A stretch of DNA of 64,000 nt from Octopus bimaculoides (taxonomy: Eukaryota), in assembly GCF_001194135.2 (NCBI RefSeq), contig NC_068983.1, positions 64,212,170-64,276,169 on the forward strand. Direction: 5' to 3'. The notes below the pieces were generated by a model. The model made no database searches, was not told the origin of the DNA, and saw nothing but the letters and a program-made list of their open reading frames with translations. Below, piece by piece: positions 27,700 to 40,330 of this stretch (positions within the stretch are counted from its first letter, which is position 1; the number at the start of each line of letters is the position of its first letter). Position numbers and translations under genes: made by a program.

Positions 27700-27968
27700 N
27701 NNNNNNNNNNNNNNNNNNNNNNNNNNNNNNNNNNNNNNNNNNNNNNNNNNNNNNNNNNNNNNNNNNNNNNNNNNNNNNNNNNNNNNNNNNNNNNNNNNNN
27801 NNNNNNNNNNNNNNNNNNNNNNNNNNNNNNNNNNNNNNNNNNNNNNNNNNNNNNNNNNNNNNNNNNNNNNNNNNNNNNNNNNNNNNNNNNNNNNNNNNNN
27901 NNNNNNNNNNNNNNNNNNNNNNNNNNNNNNNNNNNNNNNNNNNNNNNNNNNNNNNNNNNNNNNNNNNN

Positions 27969-28040
<72 letters not shown>
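27627..28040. repeat. long (GT)n microsatellite spanning a gap
   Basis: Seen directly on both sides of the gap. Confidence 0.9.
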
Positions 28041-28844
28041 AATGTATACATAAATACAGACACGTTTGTATTGAACAATGATTTATTTATATTTCATTCC
28101 GTAGTTTAAAGTTCAGATCTACAAAGGAAGCCACTCAACTGATACGTTTAAAATGAATTGGTAATTTAAAATTTTGTTTGATTGATGTATTTCCATGGCA
28201 TTAATGCCATATAATTAGAAAACATTTCACTAAATACTTCAGTAAAATGTAGATCTCGAACATGATAATTTAATATTTGGTTCTGGAAAAATATGTTTTA
28301 TAGTTTTCATTTGTGCACCTATGTATAACATTTATGGAATAAATATTCTAATGTACTTCCTGTGATAGACTTAATGAGTTCCATATTGCATGTGATCACA
28401 TGTGATCATATGAAAATTTTAATTTGTCCAGAAAAAAAAAACATAATTGATGATAATGTACATTTTGGTACTCGTTTTATTGAACCAATTAAGCATAAAA
28501 TTCAACCGTTAGGCAGAACTCAAAACCTAATGGAAATATACTACATAGCATAATATATTTAGCCAGACCAATTACGTTTCTACAAGCTTATTGAACTTGA
28601 AGTTATCGGAATGTCAATTTCTAAGAAGGCCATCAGATGTATGAAAAATAAACGGATATAGTCGATTAAGTCGATTCGTGATAGGCATTGGTATTTATTT
28701 TATTCGTTACTTGGGAAGAAAAGACGAAATTCAACTACATCGTGTTTTGAAATTGCTGTAAAATCTAACATAAAGCAACAATATTCTTTCGTTTCAGTAC
28801 TCTTCAACATCCAAAATAATGTGATTGAACAAAATTATCTTTTC

Positions 28845-29031
28845 TTCTATAGGCACAAGACCTGAAAATTTGGGTGAGGAGACCAGCCGATTACATCGGC
28901 CTTCGTGCGTAACTGGTACTTCATTCGTCGGCTCCGGTGGCATTTGAACTCAGAACGTGCAGACAGACGAAATAGACGAAGTACCGCTAAGTATTTCGCC
29001 CGGCGTGCTGACGATTCTACTAGCTCACCGC
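28845..29031 (-). mobile_element. SINE (GGCGGCGAGCTGGCAGAATCGTTAGC family)
   Basis: Reverse complement of the family head, ...CGGCGTGCTGACGATTCTACTAGCTCACCGC. Confidence 0.85.
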
Positions 29032-29117
29032 GTTTTTGAATAAAATAATAATACGACAACATTTCCGGTTCTGAAGTAAAAAAAAAAAAGTTTTATTTTT
29101 TAATATGACAGTAATAC

Positions 29118-29331
29118 GGCGGCGTGCTGGTAGAATCGTTAACACGCTGGACAAAATGCTTAGCAGCATTTCGTTTGTCTTTGCGTTCTAATTTCAAGTT
29201 CCACCAAGGCCGACTTTACCGTTCATCTTTCACAGTCGATAAATTAAGCACCATTTGAACACTGGGGTCGATTTAATCGACTTGCCTAATCCTCCGAAAT
29301 TACTGGCCCTGTGCCAAAATTTGAAACCAAT
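29118..29331 (+). mobile_element. SINE (same family)
   Basis: GGCGGCGTGCTGGTAGAATCGTTAAC...GGGGTCGATTTAATCGAC...TTTGAAACCAAT. Confidence 0.85.
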
Positions 29332-29348
29332 ATAAGATAGTAATTTAA

Positions 29349-29560
29349 GGTGGTGAGCTAACAGAATCGTTACCGCGTCATGCAAATATGCTTAGCGGCA
29401 TTTTGTCCGTCATTATGCTCTGAGTTCAAGTACCGTCGCGGCCGACATTTACTTTCATACGTTCGGAGTAGATAAAATAATTGCCACTTCAGTACTGGAA
29501 TCTTGTGATCAGCTTCCTCTTATCCAAATTTGCTGGCCTTGCGCCAAACTTTGAAACAGA
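29349..29560 (+). mobile_element. SINE (same family, diverged)
   Basis: GGTGGTGAGCTAACAGAATCGTTACC...GCGCCAAACTTTGAAAC. Confidence 0.8.
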
Positions 29561-31796
29561 TATAAAACAGTAATATTTTTTGAGAAAAGGCATAAATGGT
29601 GCATTTTCTCGCTTACGGTGTCATTAAAAATATTTGCCCATCAATTTCTTTTTTGCCCTTAAAAATGGAATGTTATACAAAATCGATTTTTAGACACTGA
29701 AACGTCATGTCTCTGGACAAAAATGAAACGTGGGAAGCTTGAAAGTATTTTGCAGTAGATGGTAGTAAATAAAAATATAATCAAAAATATCAAAATAAAA
29801 CCCCATTTCAGCAAAAAGAAGATAAACATTTTTAAAAAGCTATTATTATAATTACCTACACTACTTAGATTAATGATTCTCTTTTGTCTTTTAAAACATA
29901 AAATATTTAAGGAAGAAATAATTTTTGCCTAGATTTTATATCAATAGTAGAACTTTCATTTTCCTTTGAAGTCTACTTGCAGACATTTGCTACAGTAATT
30001 TTATTTTGTTTCTTTTATTTCTTTTTCTTTTATTCAAATAACAACATACTCCATTTGTCCTTTTGTAATTGCTGCCTTGATTAGCTTAAGTTATCCATTA
30101 TACCAATTAGGTTTTACACAGATAAAGGAGAAGGAAAAAATACCATATAAATACCTATGAAGCTTAAAAACATTACATACACATTTACACATAGAAATGT
30201 GCGCATACACACAAGAAGATGCACAGTTGCATATGAACACCGAACACCGCAAGTGACATATGGTACTGATTAAAGCAATTAACGTTATATTAGCTGATCG
30301 CTGCTAATCAATAATATTTGATTAATAGGTTCACCATTATCAATTTTCCCGTCACTAATTTTGTCAAAGTATACGAAATTATCCTGCGGTTATAATTCTT
30401 TGTAGTTATTTCTTATTTCTGCTTCTGTGAGATCTAGACAGAGCTGCTCAACCTCTTTTATACGATATGAACGATTAGCTATGTCATGCACTAAACACAC
30501 TATTTTTAATTTCATGAATAATAGATCGCATTGGAAATTAGTGCAGTTTGTGTGAATGAGAAAGCAGATACCAACGGCTAAATGCATTACATTGTTTAGT
30601 TCTGGCTACTGCAATTTTCGGGGTGAAATGCTGTTGTAGCCGTTTTTACAGTTAAATTCATTACATTATTCGCCTTTTTTTGTTTTTTGCACTACAGAAT
30701 TACCTTGGTTGAATGTAGCTAATGTCGTTATGGATATCGACCATACGAAGTAATTCATAATAGCAAAACTGCTATTAATTTCGAAAATGTTTTACCTTGG
30801 GGTATATTTTTCGAGAGGGATAGGCTACAACAGTCACTCACTATTTTACATGTTGGCCAAATTACTCTCTGACCTACCGTGTGTTTATGATACGAATAAT
30901 GATTTAATTGTTCTAGATAATAATAATTATATTCAGAAAAATAAATGTAACAGTTATTGTGTATATAGTTAATTCCCTGACCAGGTCATTATTGCAGACA
31001 AAAAACTTAATAAAGATATAAATAAGCACATTGATGGATATGCTATAAAGTTATTCTTTTCGTAATCGCAAAAGAGTTTCAGCTACGATACCGCTGATCA
31101 GTGACATAGGCTACTGTATTTATAATATTGAATGGGTTGACCAACATTTCAGTGTGAAAAATTACCTTACGATAGCCCAGCGTAAATTTAAAGACAGAGA
31201 TCTTTAAAGATTCAGACAAAATATAGTCCAGGACTTGTAAGCTATGTATTCAAACCCAGCTAAAGGTAATTATAAAATAAGTATCGTACCAGTACCGGTT
31301 CACCTGGTGTCGGATTTGGTCCTCCTGCTCGATACCTTGTTTTTTTATTATAGCTCAGAGTTAGTGAAGAAATTGTGCGTGAATCACAATGGGAAGTTGT
31401 GTGGAATCCATTTGATTATATATATGCCACACGCCCGTCACATGTACCTCAGCATTGACCAATTTATATGTTAACAATTACCATTCTGAACCACATTCCT
31501 ACTTTAGAAACAAACAAATATTTTTGATAACGACGGGCAGAATTTGCATAATTCGGGACACAGTTCCATATCCTACACCGGTCAGGTGTATTCGTATATT
31601 TTAAACTATTAATACGCCCTAATTAATTCTAATATATTGTCAGTGTGTATCCAATTTAATTTCTTCCAATCGTTCACTCATTTAGATTAAAAGATTAATT
31701 TATATGTACGTACATATGTATAATATAAAGGCGGTGCTCCGGCATAGTTGTAGTCAATTGACTGCAACAAATAAAAGAATACACATAGACACACAT

Positions 31797-31838
<42 letters not shown>

Positions 31839-31847
31839 GTAGGGGAA

Positions 31848-32200
31848 GGCGCATGGCTAGTGGTCAGAGCATCGGGTTCGCAATTATGAGGTAGTGAGTT
31901 CGATTCCTGGACTGATCTCTGTGTTGTGTTCTTGAGAAAGACACTGTATTTCACGTTGATCCAGTTCACTCAGGTGTCGAAATGAGTTGCAATGTTACTG
32001 GGGCCAAGTTGCATCGGCCTGTTCTTTGGATAACGATTGTGGCGTGGAGAGCTTTGCAGTATTTGTACCGGCTCTTTATGCTCTCAGTTAGTTACCACCG
32101 AGGTCAACTTTGTTTTTCATAATTTCATGTTGGAGAAAAATAATGTGCCTGTGAATGGGGATAATGAATTTGACTAGACCACCCCCTTAAATATGCCAAA
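31848..32200 (+). mobile_element. tRNA-derived SINE with CORE-like segment, followed by a decayed SINE fragment
   Basis: GGCGCATGGCTAGTGG...GAGTTCGATTCC (B box), then GTGTTGTGTTCTTGAGAAAGACACT. Confidence 0.7.
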
Positions 32201-32882
32201 ATTTGAAAATATATTGTTATTATGATTATCATTGATATTTTTATATTGGGTTGGTGCATAATTAACGACGCTTTGTTTAAAATTCTAAAACTGTTAGGAA
32301 TTAAATTATAAATTGATCCTTAATTATGAACCAACCGAACAATTTAAAAGCCCACTAAAAGTACTTGTGATAATATAATTGATTTTTGTTTTACCGTTTA
32401 TGCCTAATTTTGAAAATCTCGATGCTGAGGAAATGAAATCTTCTGTCTTCTTTAGCACTGATATTTATTTCTCAATCCCCACTCAATCTAACGTTTATTA
32501 TTTCTATCCTGTTCCTAACATGATATGTGTTTAACGTGTTTATCTGTGGAAGTCTCGAGATTCACCCTATAATTCCGCCTAATAAAGTGATTTATTATTA
32601 ACTATATTAATGTATCTTGTTTTTGTAAGACATAAACATCAAATTTTATATTATTTTATTTAGATGCATGTCATTCCATGGAAATACGGCATTCTGCTTC
32701 CTACCAATTCAATGATGACAAATCATTGTAAACCGTTTGACGTTTAAACAGTTTTTTGAATTTCAGGATCAAAAACATAAGGCAAATAATACTAGACCAA
32801 ATCTTTCCTTATGGTGACCAACACGATATTTTCATGAGAATCACATTTAGCAAAAATGTTCTTACTTGTGTAACATTGGCAG

Positions 32883-33037
32883 CTGTTTTACGCCTACTGC
32901 TGTATCGTCTAAGGAAAGTTGGAATCTGTGCCAGCAAAGCATTCAACAATAAGCGGAATGAGAACTTCTTGACAAACTATGCATCACTGCCTGGGGCAGA
33001 AGTCACTAGTAGAAACAAGCCGTTAGAAGTCAGCTAA
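32883..33037 (+). CDS. candidate terminal coding exon, unknown product
   Basis: The acceptor ...GTAACATTGGCAG| precedes the open frame AVLRLLLYRLRKVGICASKAFNNKRNENFLTNYASLPGAEVTSRNKPLEVS*. No homolog recognised. Confidence 0.25.
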
Positions 33038-33079
33038 ATACTATATCACATCTTGTATACTTTAGGTGGCAGAAACTTT

Positions 33080-33210
33080 ATGTATGTATGCATGTATGTA
33101 TATAGGCATGCATGTATGTATGTATGTATGTATGTATGTATGTATGTATGTATGTATGTATGTATGTATGCATGTATGTATGTATGCATGTATGTATGTA
33201 TGTATGTGTG
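33080..33210. repeat. (TATG)n microsatellite
   Basis: Seen directly. Confidence 0.95.
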
Positions 33211-33379
33211 TATGTGTGTACGCATGACAGTTAACTATAAAAATATTAAAAATCATGCATATGCGAAGTTTTGGAACTTTTCAAGGAACACATTTATTAA
33301 TTTCAAAGAAGTACAAAATTCGGATCCCCTTGTAGAATCCTCTTACTCTCATGCGCTTGTAGCGCACTAGCTACTTCAT

Positions 33380-33510
33380 GAAAGCCCCACTTAAGTTGGA
33401 TATATTCAGGATCGTTGTCATAGCCTCCTGCATCTTAACCATCAGCTTGAGGAACAGCCAAGTCTCAGAGAGCAAGGTCTGGACTGTAGAGAGGGAGAAA
33501 AAGAGTGTTG
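33380..33510 (-). mobile_element. mariner transposase C-terminal fragment
   Basis: Minus-strand translation PLYSPDLALS..WLFLKL, the YSPDL motif. Confidence 0.55.
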
Positions 33511-34876
33511 ATGCTCGTCTCTGTCACGTAATTCGTAACTAGGATGGAATTGGAGACCGGTGGATTGTTCTGGAGCAGGTGCTCTGACGTTTTATGTCGA
33601 AATCACTTCTTGGATCCCTGAAAACATGTACAGAATACATTTGCTGACGAAAATGCGATCATCCTGCGCTTCTCGGGGACTTATTTTGCCTGTCTTAGCT
33701 GGCGAAAAGCAAATGCTCAGCTTGCCCAAGTTAATCCTACCTTCATCAGTCTATAGTAATGCATAGTTTTGTGTAGCATTTTTGCTTAGGTTTACACAAA
33801 CAGTTGCAAAGCAAGCATTCTAATTGTCTTCACGTCCCGACTGCACTATTCAAACTAGACAGCGGTTACAAGTAGTGTTTAGTAAGGTGTGTTCAAATGT
33901 CATTGCAGCTGTCTCCTTCAATCAAGAGCTTATTTCATGCATTGCAATGATATCCTACAATTATATTAATCTGCAACAGTTATAATTGCCTCACCTAAAA
34001 AAAGTTTAAAATCTTCTGGACTGACCTCGTATCTTATGATCGCTAATGAAACACATGTATTACTAAATATGTATCTCGACTTCTTGCATATTTTGCCGAT
34101 AGTTAAAAAGATATTCCAGTACTGCTCATTTGCTGCCTCGTCAATCCCTAGGCTAAAAGCCCTATATTAAATTCATCTGCACACGTGAACAAATGTCGAA
34201 ATTTAAATTATATCCAGTTACGCTTCGCAACACGGTGTGAGAAGATAATTTATTAAACGTTCTAATATTTGTGTTTTTGTTTTGTAATTTTCTCATTCTT
34301 GTGAAAAAGAACGCTAGTTCTGCCGAAGCATTAAGCTGTTATGTATTTCATCAAACTTCTGTCCTTTACCTCGTTAACTGATGTGACTATTACCTCACTT
34401 TTCCCCTCATTAATAAATTATAAATTTGTTGTACTTTGACTTCCAAGTAGTAGAGAATTCTTCCCACACTACTCATATTTCTGGCATACAAGTGCATGAA
34501 TCTTTCGCAATTGAAAGATCATTCACAGATAACTGAAAATATATTAAAGTCATAGCAGCTGTGATGTTCAAGGAAAAGCACTTTAATGAAAAAATATTTT
34601 TTAAAGACACGTTTCAGCAGCAATCATAATTTTGAAGTATCACAATTCTGTTTAATGCACTGGCTAACATAGCAAACAATGAAGAAAAATACTTCAGGAA
34701 AAAAGAACACGGACTTATTTTTTTATGGAAAGTGCAAACGCGTATTTATCTCGAAGAATTCTTTTCCAACAATTTTACATACGCTAGAACGAATACAACT
34801 ATTCAAAGAATTCTTAGGGAAATGATAAACTTATAGTCTTTTTTATTATATACAAATAATATGATAAAATATTACT

Positions 34877-34991
34877 TAACATAAAGAATAATAATGAAGA
34901 CACAAATATCAAAACTAATAACAATGATCGCAACATTTCTAACAAGCATAATATATAAAAAACACGATAACATACCTTCAAAATAATAATA
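34877..34991 (+). repeat. 115-bp segment duplicated exactly at 37593-37707
   Basis: TAACATAAAGAATAATAATGAAGACAC...CCTTCAAAATAATAATA is identical in both places. Confidence 0.95.
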
Positions 34992-35436
34992 GAGTGGTAG
35001 TTACATTGAAAGAATAAATGCATTCTTTCAACACATATTGACATATATATATTGGAAAAGAAACACTCTGGAAGAAATTTCCGAAGATGGGTGTAAAGAA
35101 AAGCGATTCTGACAAAAATATTACTATCTGAATAACAGCTATTATTTTCCTTCCTTTTATATTTCTATTGCCAGGGCTGTGATAGTGAATTGTATATTAT
35201 TTCTGATAGTGTGTGTAAATTGAATTCTGACGTTTCGAAATATAAGTGAACATACGTTAGCAGGGACATAGACATATGCTTTCTTGCACACGCAAAAATA
35301 GGGACAAGCTCATCAAAATGGACATAAGCATACATATAACTGAATACACAAATATATTATTATTCACAAATGTATCATCTATACGTGTTTAGATTCATGC
35401 ATATGTGTGTGTATGTCTGTATGTTCCTATGTGTGT

Positions 35437-35814
35437 GGCGACGCAATGGCCCAGTGGTTAGGGTAGCGGACTCACGGTTATAGGATCGCGGTTTCGATTC
35501 TCAGATGGAGCGCTGTGAGTGTTTATTGAGCGAAAACACATAAAACTCCACGATGCTCCGGCAGGGGATGGTGGTGAACCTTGCTGTACTCTTTCACCAC
35601 AACTTTCTCTCACTCTTCCTGCTTCTGTTATGCCTGAAATTCAAAGGGTCAGCCTTGTCACAGTGTGTCACGCTGAATCTCCCCGAGAACTACGTTAAGG
35701 GTACACGTGTCTGTGGAGTGCTCAGCCACTTGCACGTTAATTTCACGAGCAAGTTGTTCCGTTGATCAGATCAACTGGAACCCTCGACGCCGTAAGCGAC
35801 GGAGTGCCAACAAC
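35437..35814 (+). mobile_element. tRNA-derived SINE, full length (same family as 8409)
   Basis: GGCGACGCAATGGCCCAGTGGTTAGGG...GGTTTCGATTC...GACGGAGTGCCAACAAC. Confidence 0.9.
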
Positions 35815-36267
35815 TCTATGTATGTATGTGTGCTCGCTCGCTCGTAACTAAGCACAAGAAAATTACTTAGATGGATTGCGAGATATACAGAGACAGATGA
35901 ATATGAAGAGAGAGACTGACAGATATAAAGGTTTGTTCATACGAAATCCAAGAAATACAACATGATATCCAAACTGCAAAATATTTTCCGCAGTTGAAAA
36001 CGTATATGATTAACTTGTGGTCTGAGTAATTTGTGTGTTGTAATTAATAGCTCAGTAATAGTGGCGTATGCCTATAGATTCACACAAGCTCACACATGCA
36101 CGAAAAAAACAGATGCAAACGTGCGCACACACACACACACACTCACACCACACACACACTTATATAGATTAATATATCTATGCATATATATATATATATA
36201 TATATATATANNNNNNNNNNNNNNNNNNNNNNNNNNNNNNNNNNNNNNNNNNNNNNNNNNNNNATAT

Positions 36268-36889
36268 ATGCGTATAAGAAGGGATGACCACTTGGAGGAC
36301 ATCCGGTATGCTAGAAAGAAGTCATCAATGACCCCACCACAAAAGAAAAATCATGTTCTCCAGAAATAATTCAGCAAAATACCAGGGCTTAGGTGACCAG
36401 GACAAAATGAAAAATATATTAAAGAATAAAGAATTAATCGTATACCGGTTTCCCCATAAACTCCTTTACCTACGTAAAATCACCCGTAGGTCTTCAGCAC
36501 AATCGTTCTGAAATCAATATAATTTGCAGAACTATACACGAATTGTCTCCATAAAATTTGACGTGCGTACAGTTCTATCGATTACATTGGGGTTATTTTC
36601 AAAATGTCACTGCACTGGCGCGCTAAATTCCGGAAACAGTTCTGCAGAATATAATTCACTGTAGTGTATGTTGCCGGCTAGAGAACATAATTATTTAAAT
36701 TTATATTTATATACTGAGGGTGATAAATTGGATATTAATTTCAATTTAAAACCAGTAGTCTAGAATATGTAAAAATCTGATAATTCAGAAAAAAATTATC
36801 ACATGCGTATAAGAAGGGGTGACCACTAGGTGAACAACCAATATGCTAGAAAGAGGTCATCAACGACCCAACCACAAAAAGAAAAATCA
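36268..36889 (+). repeat. two diverged ~86-bp direct repeats (36268-36353, 36803-36889)
   Basis: ATGCGTATAAGAAGGG.TGACCACT.GG...ATGCTAGAAAGA.GTCATCAA.GACCC.ACCACAAAA.GAAAAATCA occurs twice, 535 bp apart. Confidence 0.9.
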
Positions 36890-36899
36890 CATATATATA

Positions 36900-39690
36900 T
36901 GTAATAGTTTTCTACTCATTATGTAGAGTCTGACCACCTCTTGTACCTACACCTTAGATCCATCATGGCGTTTGATGTGACTTTTTAAACCAGACAGTGT
37001 GTTGAAAAGACACCCACATAGATTGCATATCCGATTTGGACCACCAAGAGCTGCAGTTAAGTTTTGATATTTGTGGATCTTAAAACGTCTTTTGAGGCCT
37101 CCGTTAGAATTGTAGACCATATGACATACACGGCATTGAAAAGTGTGCACAGATATATGCGCAGAATAGTTGTCAGAATAGGACACTATTATTGAGCTAT
37201 CTATAACAACACGCAAATTACTCAGTGAGACAATTTGTAAAGGGCCAATTTTTTGTTGTTATTTATAAGTCCTTGGCGCCAAACGCGTGATTCCAAACCA
37301 CCAAATGCTTGTGCTGTGCTTTGAATTTGATCAGATGTATTTCTGATTCTAGATTTCTATTATTTTGTACAGAGTTTCCAAGGTAAATGAAGGAGTCAGC
37401 ATCCTCAAGAAACTTACCCATAGCAAAATGCTTAGTGAGGTTGCAAACAGCACCACGTGCATGTTGAAACATTACAACTGTCTTTTTTTCAAGTTGATGG
37501 TCTAGCCAAAATCATCCCAAGCTGAGTCAAGTGCAGATATAAAAGATTGCAGGTCCTTTTCAGACTAACATAAAGAATAATAATGAAGACACTAACATAA
37601 AGAATAATAATGAAGACACAAATATCAAAACTAATAACAATGATCGCAACATTTCTAACAAGCATAATATATAAAAAACACGATAACATACCTTCAAAAT
37701 AATAATATTTTGAGTGAAGTTAAATCCTTTGTTTTTAATTTCAGTCTGGTCATATAAAAATATTCCCTGTTGTTCGATATTACAATGTAAATACCGTCCC
37801 TGTAGTTTTGAAAAGCGTGTGAACACAACAGCAAATGTATTGCAAAGAAGGTGTGTGCATCAATGTTTCATTGCTTTTCTTCATTTTCTACGGCATAAGA
37901 TTCAGAGAGCCTACCATCAAACTTAACTCGAGTCTTCATAACTTGATCATGTTTACAATTTTTCTGGGCAACCTATTTTCCTTAGAATTAGTCACAGAGC
38001 ATTTCAATTAACAATATCGAATGCTTTGCTTAAATCAACAAATCAATGGTATAGGGCAAGATTCTGTTCAATGCACTTTTTCTGAAATTGTCTGATACCT
38101 AAATCAACAGTGCTCCCGGAGGAGCAAAAATCACGTTGAGACTCAGATATTATATTTAGAACTATGAGGATATTTGAACGTTCTAACAGAATGCATGCAA
38201 GTACCTTTTCAACTACAGACAAAAGCAAAATCTCATGATAATTACAACACAGATCCTTCGGCATCGATTTATACAAGGAAACCAAAATAATAACAATCCA
38301 GTCTTGAGGTACTTCTTCAGTTTTCCAGTAGCGACAAATTAATATATTTAAAAGTTCAAACATTTTGTCATCTCTATAATTCAACACCTCTTCACAGGTT
38401 TTATCAGTCCCTGGATGCTTATTGTTATTCAGCCTATTCACAGCTAAATTAATGTCATTCATAGTTGGTTCAAATGCCATCTCCTCTATAACTGGAAAGT
38501 GTTCGATTTTCTCTATGATCTTCATGTCAATGGTTGATGGCCTGTTCAAAATTAGAGGGAAAATGTTCTATCTAGCGCTTATGAATAGAAGTGGTGTCCG
38601 TCAATAGCAAATGTTCACTCGCTGTTCTTACTGGAGCAATTGAAGAAGGTTTGTTGCCATATACCTCCTTAACATAAGAGTACAAATCCAAAGCATTATT
38701 TCTATCAGCTTCTTCGGGCGCCCCTTTTGCTCTGTCATTCCAACATTCCTGGTTGATTTACCTTAGAGCAGTCTGCACTTTCCCTTTCAGTTTTCTGTAA
38801 GCTTCGTTCGAGTTAGGCTTCAAGGACTGATAAAGAAGTGTGTTGCCTAAGTTTTGTTTTTCTAAAAGCAGATCATGAATTGTTGGTGATGTGTCTGAAA
38901 ACCAGTTACTGAACGTATGCGATTTAAATCCCACTGAAGAACCTGCAACCTGAAATACTTTCTTGAGAGCAAACCAAACATCAGATTCTCTACGCTACCC
39001 TCAGGTAGTCCTCTCCAGAAGATAGTATATTCATAACTAGGTTCACTTATTTGACCCCACCAGAGGTACGCGTTTCAGAGAGCGCAACTATACCAGGGGA
39101 ATAGTTTTTAAGCTCTCATGCAATAAGTGTAGTACGCCTTTCTGGCCTCTTGTTGAAATGATCATCTAGAAGTGTGCACACATTCCGACAACCAGAATTC
39201 AAAGGATGCTTATTTTTTTCTTCTTCTTGAAGATTGTTTGTCCACAGTGGCAGGACGACGACTGAGCCCATCCTGTGAAACACTGGGATACCCACCAAGC
39301 CAGACCTGTTCCTCTGACGTCCCCAAGCCCTTTTCCCATTTACTGAATCTGTTCGATACATTTCAGAGTTAGTTGCAAGCGCATTTTTAGGTTTCTGCCA
39401 ACCAATCAAATTATTTTATTAAGACTAGGTGTAACAAAAAGTACCTGTGCGGATGAATAATTTTCAATGGGTGTAGCTTGTACTGCACTACTCCCACCTA
39501 CTGGCCCAAGAAGAATTTCGCCGGTGTGACATGTGAATCGACAAAACCGGATAATTACAAGGTCTCAGGTTCTATTCTGGAGATTTTCCTACTGCTACGT
39601 AGATGACCAATCAAGGTTGAAGATTTTCTACCTGCCCATGTGGTAGGCTATCTCGTTCAAGACACCAAACCTACACCCAAACGCTCCATA
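36900..39690 (-). mobile_element. RTE/RTE-X LINE, near full length, decayed
   Basis: APE start (GCRNVCTLLD..RPERRTTLIA), RT (NYHEILLLSVVEKVLACILLER, FVDLSKAFD, EKDLQSF), and C-terminal C2H2 fingers CRVC..H and CNLC..KSH. Many stops and frameshifts. Confidence 0.92.
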
Positions 39691-39769
39691 CAGTGATTAC
39701 ATTTCATTCTGGTGTCCGACGCGGAGAAATTCATACGTTAATAAAATTCTTCAAAAACACGTTATATGC

Positions 39770-40330
39770 ATATCTACATATATTTGCTTGATGGCCGTCA
39801 TCAACCAATCAAACTATCTGTCTGTCTGCCAATATATATTTGTGTATGTCTTTATATGTGTGTATACTGCTTTTATTGAACCTGAATATTTGTATTAACG
39901 ACTGGTGTTTCACTTTACTGCGTTATTCAGGCGAGGACTGTTAGGATTCGTTATTGGTGGTGCATTATATTCTTTTGGTTTCTTTTGTCTAATACTTACG
40001 TTTGTTCATTGTGTTGTGCTTCGCAATTATTGATTGGCTGTTGTTTTGATGGCGTCTTCATTGGTTGATTAGTTTAATTTTGCGTGATGTGTTGTTTGTA
40101 TTTCTTGTAATTGCTGGTGAGTGTACTGCTCTTAATTTGTTTATGATCTGCTTGTGAGTTCGGGATCAGGAATCTGCTCATTACTTTCTCTGCGTGTATG
40201 TGTATGTAAGGTGTAAAATGTTGTTTGCGAAAGGATTTTTATAATTAGGATTAATCTAATTAAGCATGCATCTATTTTGAGTGGTTGTATAACTAATTAA
40301 TGTTGTTTCATGGATGAGTGATTTTTTCGT
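39770..40330 (-). mobile_element. decayed Penelope-like element 3' end
   Basis: KVMSRFLI/RTHK..N resembles the PLE C-terminus (E.FLI...KP.LN). It is followed by TTGATGACGGCC..AAATATGTA, a hammerhead-like remnant near 39780. Confidence 0.45.

Noticed and set aside
36947-37216. Host C2H2 zinc-finger gene (also 3029-3319)
   Set aside because: The fingers sit at the 3' end of an RTE-type LINE in the same orientation, as expected for RTE-X C-termini.
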